Origin: Bacillota bacterium
GTDB lineage: Bacteria > Bacillota > Clostridia > Peptostreptococcales > Anaerovoracaceae
NCBI GenBank assembly: GCA_029266295.1
Contig: JAQSXD010000001.1
Location: forward strand, 1-43,042
DNA length: 43,042 bases
Direction: 5' to 3'
Positions 18,079 through 29,000 of the stretch are shown piece after piece; the first letter of the stretch is position 1; each line of letters opens with the position of its first letter. The position numbers and the translations under genes were made by a program. The notes below the pieces were generated by a model. That model searched no databases. It saw nothing but the letters and a program-made list of their open reading frames with translations, and was not told the origin of the DNA.

Positions 18079-20343
18079 CTACTTAATCTTGTAATGAACC
18101 CACAGCTTCGGTCTTGTGATCTGGGTTCTCAGGTCGCACTGCAGGCAGCGACCTGCTTCACTGCAGGCATTGGTATCCGGGAAGCAGTGGCTGACCTCTT
18201 TAAAATTCATGATCCGCGCTTCTGCAGGTTCTTCCGTGGCCTGTTCCCGCTCTAATCGCAAGAACTCCTCATCCTTTCCCAAATAGGGACTGGGGGTTGC
18301 CTCCTCTGTCAGCTTCTCTTCGATATCGCCGTTGCCGCCCAGATCAAGATCGATTTCTGATGCAGCTTTCCGCCCCGCTGCAATGGCACGGATCACAGAA
18401 TGGGTTCCGTAAACCGCATCTCCTGCCGCGTATAGATCCTTTGCTTTAACTGAATTCTCTTCGCCTGCTCCAGTTTGTACCGTTTTACCCTCTGTTTCTT
18501 TTACGATCACTCTGACTCCATCCTCGGTGATAATCAGATTGCCTCGCCCGACAGCAAGCTGCCATTCCTCGGGAACCTCCGGTCTTTGTCCCGCGGCAAA
18601 GATCACCGTATCAGCAGGAATCACGTGTTCTGAGTGTGGTTTCAATTCCATCTGCAATCTTCTATTTTCGTCAAACCGGAAGGATGCCACCTCCTGGCAT
18701 GTCACACCGGCAGCACGTCCGTTCGTTTCTTCAATGGCCAGGAAGGTTCTTCCGTTAATCAGCCGGATTCCCTCTTCCAGTCCTTCCCTGATTTCATCTT
18801 CGCTGGCGGTCATTGCCTCTCTATTTTCCAGGCAGACCACGCTTACTTCTTTCGCTCCCAGGCGAACCGCAGATCTTGCACAGTCAAAGGCTACGTTTCC
18901 GCCTCCAAGAACCACCACCCGTTCTCCCAGCGTTATGGACTCTCCCGGAGATACAGAGTCCTCCAGAGATACAGAGTCCTCCAGAGATACAGATCCTCCC
19001 TGTGTCATGGAATTTCTCAGTGTTATGGAGTCTCTCAAAGAGACTTTTCTCAGGAAGTCTATATTTTCATATACATTTGGAAGGTCTGCGCCTTTGATGG
19101 GCAGACGTGTTCCCGCGCCTGCACCGATGGCAATCAGTATCTTGTGAAAACCTTGATCTTTCAGTTCCGTTAGAGATGTAACCCTTGCATTGGTCAGAAT
19201 CCTGACACCTGCCTTCTCGATTTCGGCAATTTCTGCCTGAACGGCTTCTCTTGGCAGACGATATTCTGGAATCCCCGTAGAGAGCATACCCCCTGCAACA
19301 GGCGCTGCCTCAAATACGATCACATCATGTCCTGCCTTCGCCAGGTAGTATGCCGCCGTCAAACCAGCAGGACCGCCGCCGACCACCGCCACCTTCTTTC
19401 CCGACTTGGGTTTAAAACGAGCCTTGTCTCTCCAGAGACCCTGATCCTGCACCGCGGCAAACTTTTTCAGTTCCCGGATTGATAAGGCTTCGTTGATCTC
19501 CTTTCTTCTGCAGACGCTTTCGCAAAAAGCCATACAGACATAGCCAAGGGAATGAGGGAACGGCGCTTTCTCTCTAATGACAGCGATTGCATCCTGATAC
19601 CTTCCCTCCTTGATGGCCCTGATATATTTAGGCACATCGGTATGGGCGGGACATTCCGATTTGCACGGGATCAGTTCCAGCTCCCGGTTCAGGTTCGGCT
19701 TGAACACCCCTTCCTTATCCTGCAATGCTCCCGTAGGACAGACTTCAACGCATGCTCCGCAGAAACGACAATTTTCTTCCGCCATAGAATGATGATTTCT
19801 GACATCCACCACAATCCGGTCTTCTTGTGTCATCTGGAAGTCCAGGACATCGACACCTCGAACTTCCCGGCACACTCTGATGCATCGCCCGCAGGAAACG
19901 CAACGGTTCAGATCTCTCACAAACAGCGGGTTTGCCGTATTCACCGGAACACTGTTCAGGGTTCTTCGGAGTCGGGAAGTGCTGACCTCAAGATACTGGA
20001 TCAGCGATTGGAGTTCACATTTCAGATATTTGGGGCAAGTCGTGCAGTCATCCACATGGTTGGCCAGCATCAGCTCCATGGAAAGCCGCCGCATGGCGTT
20101 CAGACGGTCGGTTTTCGTACGCACAACCATACCGTCAAGGGCTTTCGTGGTACAAGAGGTTCTGATCTCACTGTCCCCTTCGATTTCTACAACGCAGAGT
20201 CTGCACTCGCCAAGATCGGGCAGATCCGGATGATGACACAGATGAGGGATATAAAGATCTGCTTCAAGAGCTGCATGCAGGATGCTTTTCCCTTCTTCGA
20301 CCTCCAAAACATGCCCGTCAATTGTAATAGACACTGTTTTCAT
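18079..20343 (-). CDS. Fusion of NuoG/HydA-type N-terminal Fe-S domains with a GltD/NfnB-like FAD pyridine-nucleotide oxidoreductase
   Basis: IPHLC...GECRLCVVE...SC, HVDDCTTC...CELQ, CVSCGRC/CRFCGAC, PCKSECPAH, GYVC...CESVC, VVGGGPAG, GIPEYRLP, VLGGGNVA, EAGRCLQC. GGAG RBS supports ATG 20343. Confidence 0.88.
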   Translation of the reverse strand: MKTVSITIDGHVLEVEEGKSILHAALEADLYIPHLCHHPDLPDLGECRLCVVEIEGDSEIRTSCTTKALDGMVVRTKTDRLNAMRRLSMELMLANHVDDCTTCPKYLKCELQSLIQYLEVSTSRLRRTLNSVPVNTANPLFVRDLNRCVSCGRCIRVCREVRGVDVLDFQMTQEDRIVVDVRNHHSMAEENCRFCGACVEVCPTGALQDKEGVFKPNLNRELELIPCKSECPAHTDVPKYIRAIKEGRYQDAIAVIREKAPFPHSLGYVCMAFCESVCRRKEINEALSIRELKKFAAVQDQGLWRDKARFKPKSGKKVAVVGGGPAGLTAAYYLAKAGHDVIVFEAAPVAGGMLSTGIPEYRLPREAVQAEIAEIEKAGVRILTNARVTSLTELKDQGFHKILIAIGAGAGTRLPIKGADLPNVYENIDFLRKVSLRDSITLRNSMTQGGSVSLEDSVSLEDSVSPGESITLGERVVVLGGGNVAFDCARSAVRLGAKEVSVVCLENREAMTASEDEIREGLEEGIRLINGRTFLAIEETNGRAAGVTCQEVASFRFDENRRLQMELKPHSEHVIPADTVIFAAGQRPEVPEEWQLAVGRGNLIITEDGVRVIVKETEGKTVQTGAGEENSVKAKDLYAAGDAVYGTHSVIRAIAAGRKAASEIDLDLGGNGDIEEKLTEEATPSPYLGKDEEFLRLEREQATEEPAEARIMNFKEVSHCFPDTNACSEAGRCLQCDLRTQITRPKLWVHYKIK
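18948..18993. repeat. In-frame 18-bp tandem repeat inside the oxidoreductase gene
   Basis: GAGATACAGAGTCCTCCA in about 2.5 perfect copies, within about 7 degenerate 6-aa units (SLRDSI TLRNSM TQGGSV SLEDSV SLEDSV SPGESI TLGERV). Confidence 0.88.
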
Positions 20344-20504
20344 TAATAATCTCCATTCTGAATAAAACAAGAAAGTAGTTGCCTGTCCAAGCAAGCTTTG
20401 GACAAAATTCCATTGTCAGGAAGCAAATTTGTTGTTGAAAATGCACAATTTGCTCCTGCATACCTTGTTATACTTAATCAACATGCTATAATACTATAAT
20501 ACAA

Positions 20505-20535
20505 ACTATAAAGTTTGCCATAGGGGCAGAGTCAA
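20505..20535 (-). promoter_or_regulatory. MerR-type promoter/operator (19-bp spacer)
   Basis: TTGACT (20535-20530), 19 bp, TATAGT (20510-20505), with imperfect dyad ACTCTGCC-CCTAT-GGCAAACT. Confidence 0.82.
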
Positions 20536-20553
20536 TAGGAAAGTGTGAAAAAA

Positions 20554-21384
20554 ATGACGAAATTATATTCCATCGGAGAAGTCTCCCACATCTTGCATAT
20601 TCCCGTGAAGGCCTTGCGGAATTATGATCAGATCAATCTGCTGAAACCCTCTCATATTGACCCCTCCACAAAGTATCGTTATTACAGCTACGATCAGTTC
20701 TTTCTCATCGACGTGATCCGCTATCTGAATAAAACGCTGAATGTTCCGCTGGAGGATATTAAGATTTTGATTGACGGAAATGAGGGGAATGACAAATTGT
20801 TAACTCTTCTGAATTCCCATGAGAAACAATTGGGGGAAAAGATCCGTGAGCTGGAATACTCAAAAAAGGTGACAGAAAGTCTGATTGCTGATTTGAAATA
20901 CAGAATGAAATATCCGGAACGAATTGAAATATTCGAGCAGTATCTGCTGTCCAGGAATCTTTATTATAACGAATTGGATATTTCCATTTATGATCTCGAT
21001 AAATATGTAAGCCGGAACGCGATGGATGCCTTCAATCGGAATAACCGGGAAAACAATGTGATGTGTACCTTTTATTCCATTTCTGAGTTTCAATCGGTCA
21101 GTCCTCTGAAGGTCAGGGGTTTTGGCATTTTTTCCGATCAAAAGCTTCCGGGCATAAAACTGAAAGTGCTGCCGGAAGGCAGGTACCTTACGAAGCGGTT
21201 TCTGTATTCCGAAGAGAACCTGTCCGCTGCACTCAGCGAACTGCTCGGGTACGCAGAAGAGAAGAACATTCAAATCGGCAACACTGCGTTTCTCGTATCA
21301 AGAATGGTCAATGTTTCGGTTTCTTCGAAATACAATTATTATATGGATCTTCAAATCCTGCATTTGCTAAGCAGTGAGAGATGA
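20554..21384 (+). CDS. MerR family regulator with long C-terminal effector domain (BmrR/GyrI-like size)
   Basis: YSIGEVS...ALRNYDQINLLKP...YRYY; C-terminal LPEGRYL. Alternative start GTG 20545. Confidence 0.9.
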   Translation: MTKLYSIGEVSHILHIPVKALRNYDQINLLKPSHIDPSTKYRYYSYDQFFLIDVIRYLNKTLNVPLEDIKILIDGNEGNDKLLTLLNSHEKQLGEKIRELEYSKKVTESLIADLKYRMKYPERIEIFEQYLLSRNLYYNELDISIYDLDKYVSRNAMDAFNRNNRENNVMCTFYSISEFQSVSPLKVRGFGIFSDQKLPGIKLKVLPEGRYLTKRFLYSEENLSAALSELLGYAEEKNIQIGNTAFLVSRMVNVSVSSKYNYYMDLQILHLLSSER

Positions 21385-21398
21385 TCCAGCGACATAAG

Positions 21399-21429
21399 AG
21401 TCCCATTCAGCACAATGCCGAATGGGACT
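21399..21429. terminator. Terminator hairpin between convergent genes
   Basis: AGTCCCATTCAGC-acaat-GCCGAATGGGACT followed by TTGTTTTT. Confidence 0.68.
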
Positions 21430-21508
21430 TTGTTTTTGTACTCACGATTTAATTATACTTAGACAACCCTCTGATGATAGGCAGATAGTCATACTATGTC
21501 GGAATCTA

Positions 21509-21994
21509 TCATGCTGGGTTATTATCAACAGCCAAAGCACTTAAGGTTGCGTTGTTAACCGTTAGGCCAGGTGTGATATCAATAATTGAGTTGGTCGACA
21601 GCTGAACGGAATAAGTGTATGATCCTGAATCAAGGTTATTGTCAAAGAACTGGAATCCAAAGGATTCAGCCTCAAGTGCGGTAACCAGTGTGGAGAACGT
21701 ATAGGTCGAGCCAACGTTAACTGGAGCTCCGCCATTAAAGCTTCGTGTGATTTCAAAGTTAAGCGTTACGGAAATGCCAAGGGGCAAACTGATGATGCTG
21801 CTAAAGTTCAGCAAAACAACCGGGCTGCTCATGCCGCCAGTATCAATTGAAACAGCAACCACATTAATGGGATCTGCCAGCAGAGTCGTAATGATCGGTA
21901 ACGGTCCGGCCCCACCTGTTGCAGCATTTAGTCGCACTGTGCTCCTTGGGGGTTGATACCCTCCGCATTCATATGGTGAATTATAATAACTCAT
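21509..21994 (-). CDS. DUF4489-like beta-rich protein, probably spore-associated
   Basis: VAVSIDT...PVVLLNFS...LNF...FGFQFFD...YTYSV pattern; CATATTAT sigmaK-like -10 upstream at 22087-22080. Confidence 0.72.
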   Translation of the reverse strand: MSYYNSPYECGGYQPPRSTVRLNAATGGAGPLPIITTLLADPINVVAVSIDTGGMSSPVVLLNFSSIISLPLGISVTLNFEITRSFNGGAPVNVGSTYTFSTLVTALEAESFGFQFFDNNLDSGSYTYSVQLSTNSIIDITPGLTVNNATLSALAVDNNPA

Positions 21995-22154
21995 TTTTAC
22001 TCATCCTTTAATTTTTATTAAGAATATTTAATCATAAAAGGGTTTTTAGTACCTTTATGTTATTAAACTCCTTCGCTATATAATATGAAAGGAGGGCAAT
22101 CTTTGCTAATAGAAATAGGGCAGCAAATTTACTTGAACAGAAAAGGCAGAAGGA

Positions 22155-22179
22155 CCCATTCAGCTTCATACCGAATGGG
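22155..22179 (-). terminator. Probable terminator hairpin downstream of the MCP gene
   Basis: CCCATTCAGC-N6-CCGAATGGG (G:U-compatible on the minus strand), followed by CCTTCTGCCTTTTCT. Confidence 0.55.
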
Positions 22180-22216
22180 CCCGCCTGCATGGTTTTTATA
22201 TTAGGCATAAGATCTT

Positions 22217-25200
22217 TTAATATTTGTCGCGTTCTCCGCTGATTGTTATTTTTGAAACGGCAGTGGTATCTAGCAGCTTTGGCTGGTTAAAATTCAATTT
22301 TTCAGAACCGCCGCCAAGCTTGAATTTTCCGATCATTTCCTTCAGCAGCTCCGCCTGCCCTGACAGTTCCTCACTCGCCGCCGCACTTTCTTCTGCAGTT
22401 GCCGAATTGTTTTGTACGACCAACGATACCTGTTCGATTCCTTTATTGATCTGTGCGATTCCCGAAGCTTGTTCATTGGAAGCAGTTGCGATTTCGCTTA
22501 CGATGTCGGTGGCTCTTTCAATTCCGCCGACGATTTCATTCAGTGCAGATGCTGTCTCATCCGCAATCCGGGTTCCTTCCCGAACCTTACTGATTGAGCC
22601 TTCGATCAACCCGGTTGTCTCTTTTGCCGCGCTTGCGCTCCGTGCTGCAAGGTTACGCACTTCCTCGGCTACAACAGCAAAGCCTTTCCCGTGCTGCCCT
22701 GCTCTTGCGGCTTCCACTGCAGCGTTCAACGCAAGAATGTTTGTCTGGAAGGCAATGTCATCGATCACCTTGATGATTTTAGAAATATTTTCAGAGGATG
22801 CATTGATCTCAATCATCGAGTTCAGCATCCCTTTCATTTGATCATTTCCCTTAACCGCATTATCTCTCGCTTCAGAAGCCAGTTCGCTTGCGGTATTCGC
22901 ATTGATGGCATTTTGTCTCGTCTGGGATGCAATTTCCGCAATAGAAGCGGTTAGCTCTTCAATGGAGCTTGCCTGCTCCGTAGATCCCTGCGACAAAGCC
23001 TGACTTCCGTCTGATACCTGTCTTGATCCGGCTGAGACCTGTTCAGCAGCTTCATTGATATCTCCCAGAACTTGATTCAGAGATATTATGATCGTATTCA
23101 GCGAATCCTTGATCTCAATAAAGTCTCCTTTATAATCTGCTGTAATCGCCTGATTCAGGTTCCCGTTTCCGATCGCTGTAAGTACTTCAGAAATCTCGTT
23201 GACATAGCTTAACAGATTACTCACAGTCTCATTCATCGCATTCTTGATGACTGCATGATCACCGCTATAGTGACCAGCCATACTGATATGCAAGTTGCCC
23301 CTTGCCATTTCTTCCAGCACCGCAGAGGCTTCATCAATGGGAGCGATCACCGCATTCAGTGTCTGATTGAATCCCTCCATGATTTGGGCATAACCGCCGC
23401 CATGTTTTGAGGCATCTGCCCTGCTTTTCAGATTTCCTTCGACTGCGGCTGACGTAAGCATTGAAGCATCGTCAATCAGCAGCTGTATTGCATGTACACT
23501 CTTTTGAAGATTTGCATTGATATTTTTAAAATTCTCCCCGATTGCCTGCGTGTCATCGTCAACTTCCTGCACAGAGGTCTCAATGCTTAAATCGCCTTGA
23601 GCAAGCTTTTCCAGATTCACGATCAGCTGGTCCACTTCCCGTTCCTGGTATTTTGCTTGTTTTTCAATTTTTCTCAGAGTGCCCTTCATTTCCGTCTGAT
23701 CAACAATTAATTCCAGTGCTCCAATCACTTGTTGATGTTCATCTCTCAGTGGAATTCCTGTATATGAAATCTCAAGATCTCTTCCATTGGGATGAGCATC
23801 CGTTTCTCTGATCACTTTTCGATTTTGCTCCATGGCCTGTACGCAGGCGCAATTTTCCGTGTTGCAATCGCTTGTTTTACAGAGGTCAAAACATTTCATC
23901 CCTACAACCTGTTCCGTACTCATTCCTGCCAGATCAGCGCCGATACGATTGATATAGCGTATCGAAAGGGCTCTGTCCATGATCATCACCGGTGACGGCA
24001 GTTCATCAATATGACCGACAAGCGTATCAATGGTTTTGTTAACACTTCCCACGATCTGGGCGTATCCACCCTTAAGTTTGCTGATATCAGCCCGGTAGAA
24101 AAGATCTCCCCTTTCTGCCGCCTTAGTAAGTTCCCACGATTCCACCCGCAGCGAATGAAGAGATTCCCTAACCTTGGAAAGATTGTCAATGAGGATTCCA
24201 TATTCTCCGGGATAATTGTTTTCTATTACCTCTAAATCGTCGCCATTGGCGATCTTTTCTATGTAGGCTAGTGCAACATTCAACGGATTTACAATGCCAT
24301 CAAGCGTCTGGTTGAATCCGCTTATAATCTGCTTGAATCCGCCTTCAAACTTATCGGCTTGCCCGCGCTTCTCCAGCCGGCCCTCTACAGCCGCAGTCGT
24401 CAATGCCTCTGCTTCTTCCGCCAGGTCTTTTAAGGTACAGACCACAGACACCATGCTATGGGCCAAGACATCCTGATCAGAGCGGGGTATGATTTCCATA
24501 TTGAGATCACCTTCTGCGATTTTTTGTGCAGCCTCGGCTTGTCCTTTAATGTTTTCTATCATTTTTCCGAAGGCGGTAAGCAAGTCTCCGACCTCATCTC
24601 CCGATTTTCGAATTCCGTCAATATTTACTTCCACATCGCCCAGGGCCAGACGTTCCGCAGCCTCACTGAGCTTCTTGACCGGTTTTCCGATTATATTTCC
24701 CAGCGCAAATGCAAGCAATACTGCAAGAAGTGCAACTGCACCGGATACTGCCACAATCGTATTTCTCAGCGTATTGACGCTTTCCAGAATATCGCTTTCA
24801 TAGTTTCCTGCACATAGCGTCCAGTTCATACCTGGTATGGGGGTCAGCGCCGTGATACGGTTATCTCCGTCCAAAGCATAATGCACAATTCCCTCATTTC
24901 CAAGACCAATTTCTTTTAATGCAACACCAAAATTCTCTAGTGGTCCGCCGGACTCGATATTTGCAAGAGCATTCTCTTGATTCATAACATAATCTTGATT
25001 CGGATGCGCATAGATGGTACTGTCTGCGCCTAAAATAAACGCATAGCCGCGTTTTCCAATTCCCAGATCATTGGTAATACTGCTAATGAAGGTTCCGTCA
25101 CGCCGGCCAAGCAATACGCCGACAACAACTCCGTTCGAGCGGATCGGTGCAAACTCCAGAACAACTGCCTTTCCCGTTACCGGGCTGATGAGTACATCTG

Positions 25201-25612
25201 ATATGTGCGCTTCCCCTTTCATTGCCTTCTCAATATAATGCATATCTTTTTCTGCAAACATTGTGCTATCACCGGTTTTTACATATGTAACCAGCCCGTT
25301 CGGAAGGACAACGCCCATATCCAAATAACCCAGTCGATCCACATCAGTAGTCAGCGATTCCCTCTGAACAGGCCAGTCCATGGTAGCCGTTCGGGATCTC
25401 ATGGCAACTTCCTCTAAAACCGCAAGGTTCTTAGAGATATCCGTATGGATTAGGGCGGCACTTTCTTTCGCATACTGCATTACTGCATCTTCCTGATTCT
25501 TAAGCAGTGCATCCGAACTCATATTTACCGAAATGAATCCCAGAGCAGTTGTTATGATCAGAACGAGAACACCGATAAACATGGTGATTTTTTGGGATAA
25601 ATTCACTCTCAT
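22217..25612 (-). CDS. Methyl-accepting chemotaxis protein (dCache, multiple HAMP, PAS, signalling domain)
   Basis: Two TM helices, GYAF...YAHP, repeated HAMP units, PAS (PSPVMIMD...YIN), [20 protein letters not shown]...[18 protein letters not shown] supports ATG 25612. Confidence 0.95.
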   Translation of the reverse strand: MRVNLSQKITMFIGVLVLIITTALGFISVNMSSDALLKNQEDAVMQYAKESAALIHTDISKNLAVLEEVAMRSRTATMDWPVQRESLTTDVDRLGYLDMGVVLPNGLVTYVKTGDSTMFAEKDMHYIEKAMKGEAHISDVLISPVTGKAVVLEFAPIRSNGVVVGVLLGRRDGTFISSITNDLGIGKRGYAFILGADSTIYAHPNQDYVMNQENALANIESGGPLENFGVALKEIGLGNEGIVHYALDGDNRITALTPIPGMNWTLCAGNYESDILESVNTLRNTIVAVSGAVALLAVLLAFALGNIIGKPVKKLSEAAERLALGDVEVNIDGIRKSGDEVGDLLTAFGKMIENIKGQAEAAQKIAEGDLNMEIIPRSDQDVLAHSMVSVVCTLKDLAEEAEALTTAAVEGRLEKRGQADKFEGGFKQIISGFNQTLDGIVNPLNVALAYIEKIANGDDLEVIENNYPGEYGILIDNLSKVRESLHSLRVESWELTKAAERGDLFYRADISKLKGGYAQIVGSVNKTIDTLVGHIDELPSPVMIMDRALSIRYINRIGADLAGMSTEQVVGMKCFDLCKTSDCNTENCACVQAMEQNRKVIRETDAHPNGRDLEISYTGIPLRDEHQQVIGALELIVDQTEMKGTLRKIEKQAKYQEREVDQLIVNLEKLAQGDLSIETSVQEVDDDTQAIGENFKNINANLQKSVHAIQLLIDDASMLTSAAVEGNLKSRADASKHGGGYAQIMEGFNQTLNAVIAPIDEASAVLEEMARGNLHISMAGHYSGDHAVIKNAMNETVSNLLSYVNEISEVLTAIGNGNLNQAITADYKGDFIEIKDSLNTIIISLNQVLGDINEAAEQVSAGSRQVSDGSQALSQGSTEQASSIEELTASIAEIASQTRQNAINANTASELASEARDNAVKGNDQMKGMLNSMIEINASSENISKIIKVIDDIAFQTNILALNAAVEAARAGQHGKGFAVVAEEVRNLAARSASAAKETTGLIEGSISKVREGTRIADETASALNEIVGGIERATDIVSEIATASNEQASGIAQINKGIEQVSLVVQNNSATAEESAAASEELSGQAELLKEMIGKFKLGGGSEKLNFNQPKLLDTTAVSKITISGERDKY

Positions 25613-25963
25613 TTTTACTCTCCTTCTTCCGACAGCACTAGTTGCTGCTGCCGATAAAAATCGTATTTCCTTCATCCACTTCCCAATCCCCCAAGAACTA
25701 GTCTTTTCAAACTAAAATTCTGAACATCTCGCCTTTTTTTGCTCCTCCTATTTTTTTGTATATTATATATTTCTAACTGTCTATTCGTTAAACTTATCAC
25801 ACCAGTGTTCGATTGGCAAACTATTTTTTACATTATTCGACAAAGTTTTATCTTTTTTTCTGGTTAGTTTCGACTAAGATTCAATTTATAAATGCATACT
25901 ATATTTATATGAATAATATTCTTTGCAGGTCAGACCCCTTTAAAACGAACTAGAACAAATAGA

Positions 25964-25991
25964 AATCCCCGGCTTCAAACAGCTGGGGATT
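25964..25991 (-). terminator. Terminator of the glycan-utilisation operon
   Basis: AATCCCCGGCT-tcaaac-AGCTGGGGATT about 40 bp after the stop of the 1513-aa gene, T-rich tail on the minus strand. Confidence 0.65.
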
Positions 25992-26032
25992 CCAAAGATC
26001 AATCTGATAAAAAATCATTCGGTGAATATCGC

Positions 26033-29000
26033 TTAATTTTTAGTCGCAGCAGTTACAAATCGCTGCAGCATCGCGGCTACCTCAGCACGGGTAGCGTTGT
26101 CTCCGGGGACAATGCTGGTGTTGGTTCTGCCCTGGGTGATCCCCTGTTCAATCGCCCAGACAAAGGCTGGATTTGCCCAGTCGGAGACCTGTCCGGCGTC
26201 GTTAAAACTGGCAAGCGATCCGCTGACTGCAGGACTTCCGGCATAACGATAAAGCATGGTGACCAGCTGCTCACGCGTAATCCCGCTTTCCTGGGCGAAC
26301 CGGTTGTCTCCTACGCCGGCAACAATACCGGATTGAGCAGCCCAGGTCACAGCATCCGTATAATATTTTCCTTCAGCTACATCGGTAAAGTAGTTTGCTC
26401 CCACCGAAGGTTCACCTTCCAGTCGATAGAGCACAGTCGCCAGCATCCCCCGCGTCATCGCACGATTTGGCGAGAATTCTTGCTTGCTGGTGCCGAAGAA
26501 CATTTCACGGGCAGTCACGAAGGCAATGGCGTCTTTTGCCCATACAGACCGATTGGTGTCAGCAAAGTCCATTCCATTCTGCACAATTTTGATTGTTACA
26601 TCGCTGTTTACCGGAACATAGAGCATTCCGTCGTTTGCAACTGAGCCCTTGATAATTTCTTCCGTACCGTCTTTGTGGGTGATGATGGCCACAGTACCAC
26701 CATCCGCATCCTTCATAGGAATGGAAACGACAGTCGCCTTCTCATTACTGCCCAAAGTGACCGTTCCGCTCATACTGCCGCTCTTGGGTTTATTAAGCTC
26801 CGTCACAGTACCGTCAGGGCTTTTTACTGTGATCTTCTGTGCACCGGTTGCATTGTCGGTGGTTGTGATAACTACCGCACCGCCCTTCAATGTTTCTGTC
26901 GTGGTCGTCTGCCCAGTTACTGCGGGAGGCACTGTACCGCCTCCGCCACCGCGGCTGTATGGTGTTGCCGTGATGGTCAGTGTCAGTTCTTTTGTAACAA
27001 GTTCAGTGCCCAGACCCTTATTCAATGTGACCGTGAACACATAACTGCCATCCACCCCCGCTCGGTTACCGTTCGTTCCTGCCACAGCCGCTGTGTAGCT
27101 GACCTTGCTAACTTTTGCTCTCGCTCCTCTAAGTGATATTTTGTTGATTATTTCATTGATTTTTTCCAGAGCTTTCACTTCTGTACCGACATCGGCCTGC
27201 GTCGTGGTATACGTCGCATGCTCAACCGCCGCCTTTGCGAAGGCGATATCCGCGTCGTCGTTGGATGTCTGTGCGGGATTCACTGTAGTCGAACCAATCA
27301 GATTTGCACCAAGGCCCTCATCCCAAATACCATCGCCCTTGTTCGCAAACCGGATGCTGCGCTTGTTCGCAGTGGTTTCCTTCGGATCATTGATCTTTAG
27401 ATAAATATCATATTCTCCGAGTGGGATCTCACCAAAAGCACCCATGTTAATTGACAAGCTCAAATCACGGTATGCATTGGTATTGCTTGCCCTACTGTCT
27501 AAATCAGGCCGCCAATCTCTTGCGTCAAGGTTCGTAAGTACCTTGTAGGCTTCACCATTTGCTTTCGATTTCATAATGACTGAAACATTTTTCTTATTTA
27601 CGATATTACCAAAGCCGACGTTCTGGATCTTTCCTTCAAACTTAAGAATACCATTCTGCGCTACCCATTCGCTTGCGTTAGCCTTACGAAGCACCAACCG
27701 GTAGCCCAGTCTGTCCCGCCAATATTCCGCTCCGGTTCTGCCGTCATACACCGGGTCAAAGACTGCGTATTCCGTTTTATATGGTTCCGCATACGCATTT
27801 GTCATCTTTTTCGTGACGTTTTCTTCCGTATACTCAAAGTCCCCCCATCGATCATGAACGCTCTTCTCATAATCCGCATTCAGGTAAACGGTTTGAGCAT
27901 AAGAGGCTTCCCATGCAACAAACGGATACGTGTTCCAATGGGTCTCATCGCCTTGGGCTTCGCCGCCATAAAGGTTGTTTTGATGTCTGATCCAGGTCAT
28001 CACTCTGCCGCGATCATAGGACTCGGCATCTCCAAGGGGATTGCCCGGCCAGCCCGCCCCTTCGGAAAGTGAACCCCAGTCGTTAGGATAGTTGTCGCCT
28101 TCGTCCTCCCCATATGCATAACTATCGTTGAAGAAACCGAAACGTGCCTCTGGGGTTCCCTGTTTCGGAGCCGGTATTTGATCAATAGTTTCAAAGGTAT
28201 AGTTTTTGCCGTAAGCAGCGTTATACCATGACAGGAAGGCTCCCCCCTGTACGACGATGGAACGCGATTCAGGGACAGCGTCCAGCCATGCATTCAGAAG
28301 CCATGCGTAGGCTTCCGGACTTGTTCCGAAGCTTGTCGAGTGCATTTCACCCCATGGGCCGAATATGCCCGCGTCAACCCCCATGATGACATCTTCATAC
28401 TCATGAAGGATTGGTTTCAGCTGTGCAATATGAGCAAGGATTGTTGCTTTATCCGGCTCAATATCCGCTACAGGCCGATCAATATAACCGTCCTGCGGAT
28501 GGTCAACATCCACCCAGCCATAACCGGCACCGTCATAACTAAAGCGCACCAGGGTAACTCCATTACCGTTTCTTACTTGTTGAAGCTTCTCCCTTATGTA
28601 AGCAAGGGCGTCCTCAGTTAAAGGCTGAGAAACTCCGTGGGGCCAGCTGGGCAAAACATTTGACTGCCAGTAATCAAAATGGGTATCATAGTCAAATGGT
28701 TCTAAATCCCCCGGTCTTGACTTTATCGATACCTCTGCAGGAGCACGATAAGCTGAATTATATCGAGCGCCACGTGATGTGAATGCATTACTAGAAAAGT
28801 TTCTTAAGTCGAAATATACATGGCTAATCCGGGTAGTAACCTGTGCGTCACCCACGGTTACCGGGCTATTTCCAACATTCATCGTGCCAGTACCTGAACC
28901 GCTAACCGGGACGATCATTCCGTCGTTGGCTCTGTAGAAACCTCGGTCAGGATTGGGAATATCAATAGGATTTTCTGTATAGTCAAGGTTCTGTGACACA

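Noticed and set aside
18079-20343. [FeFe]-hydrogenase, formate dehydrogenase or glutamate synthase call
   Set aside because: No H-cluster motifs, no molybdopterin domain and no gltB; only the shared Fe-S and GltD-like modules are present.
25680-25960. c-di-GMP riboswitch upstream of the MCP
   Set aside because: GGCAAAC occurs on the wrong strand and lacks the GAAA loop and GACGCAAAG elements.
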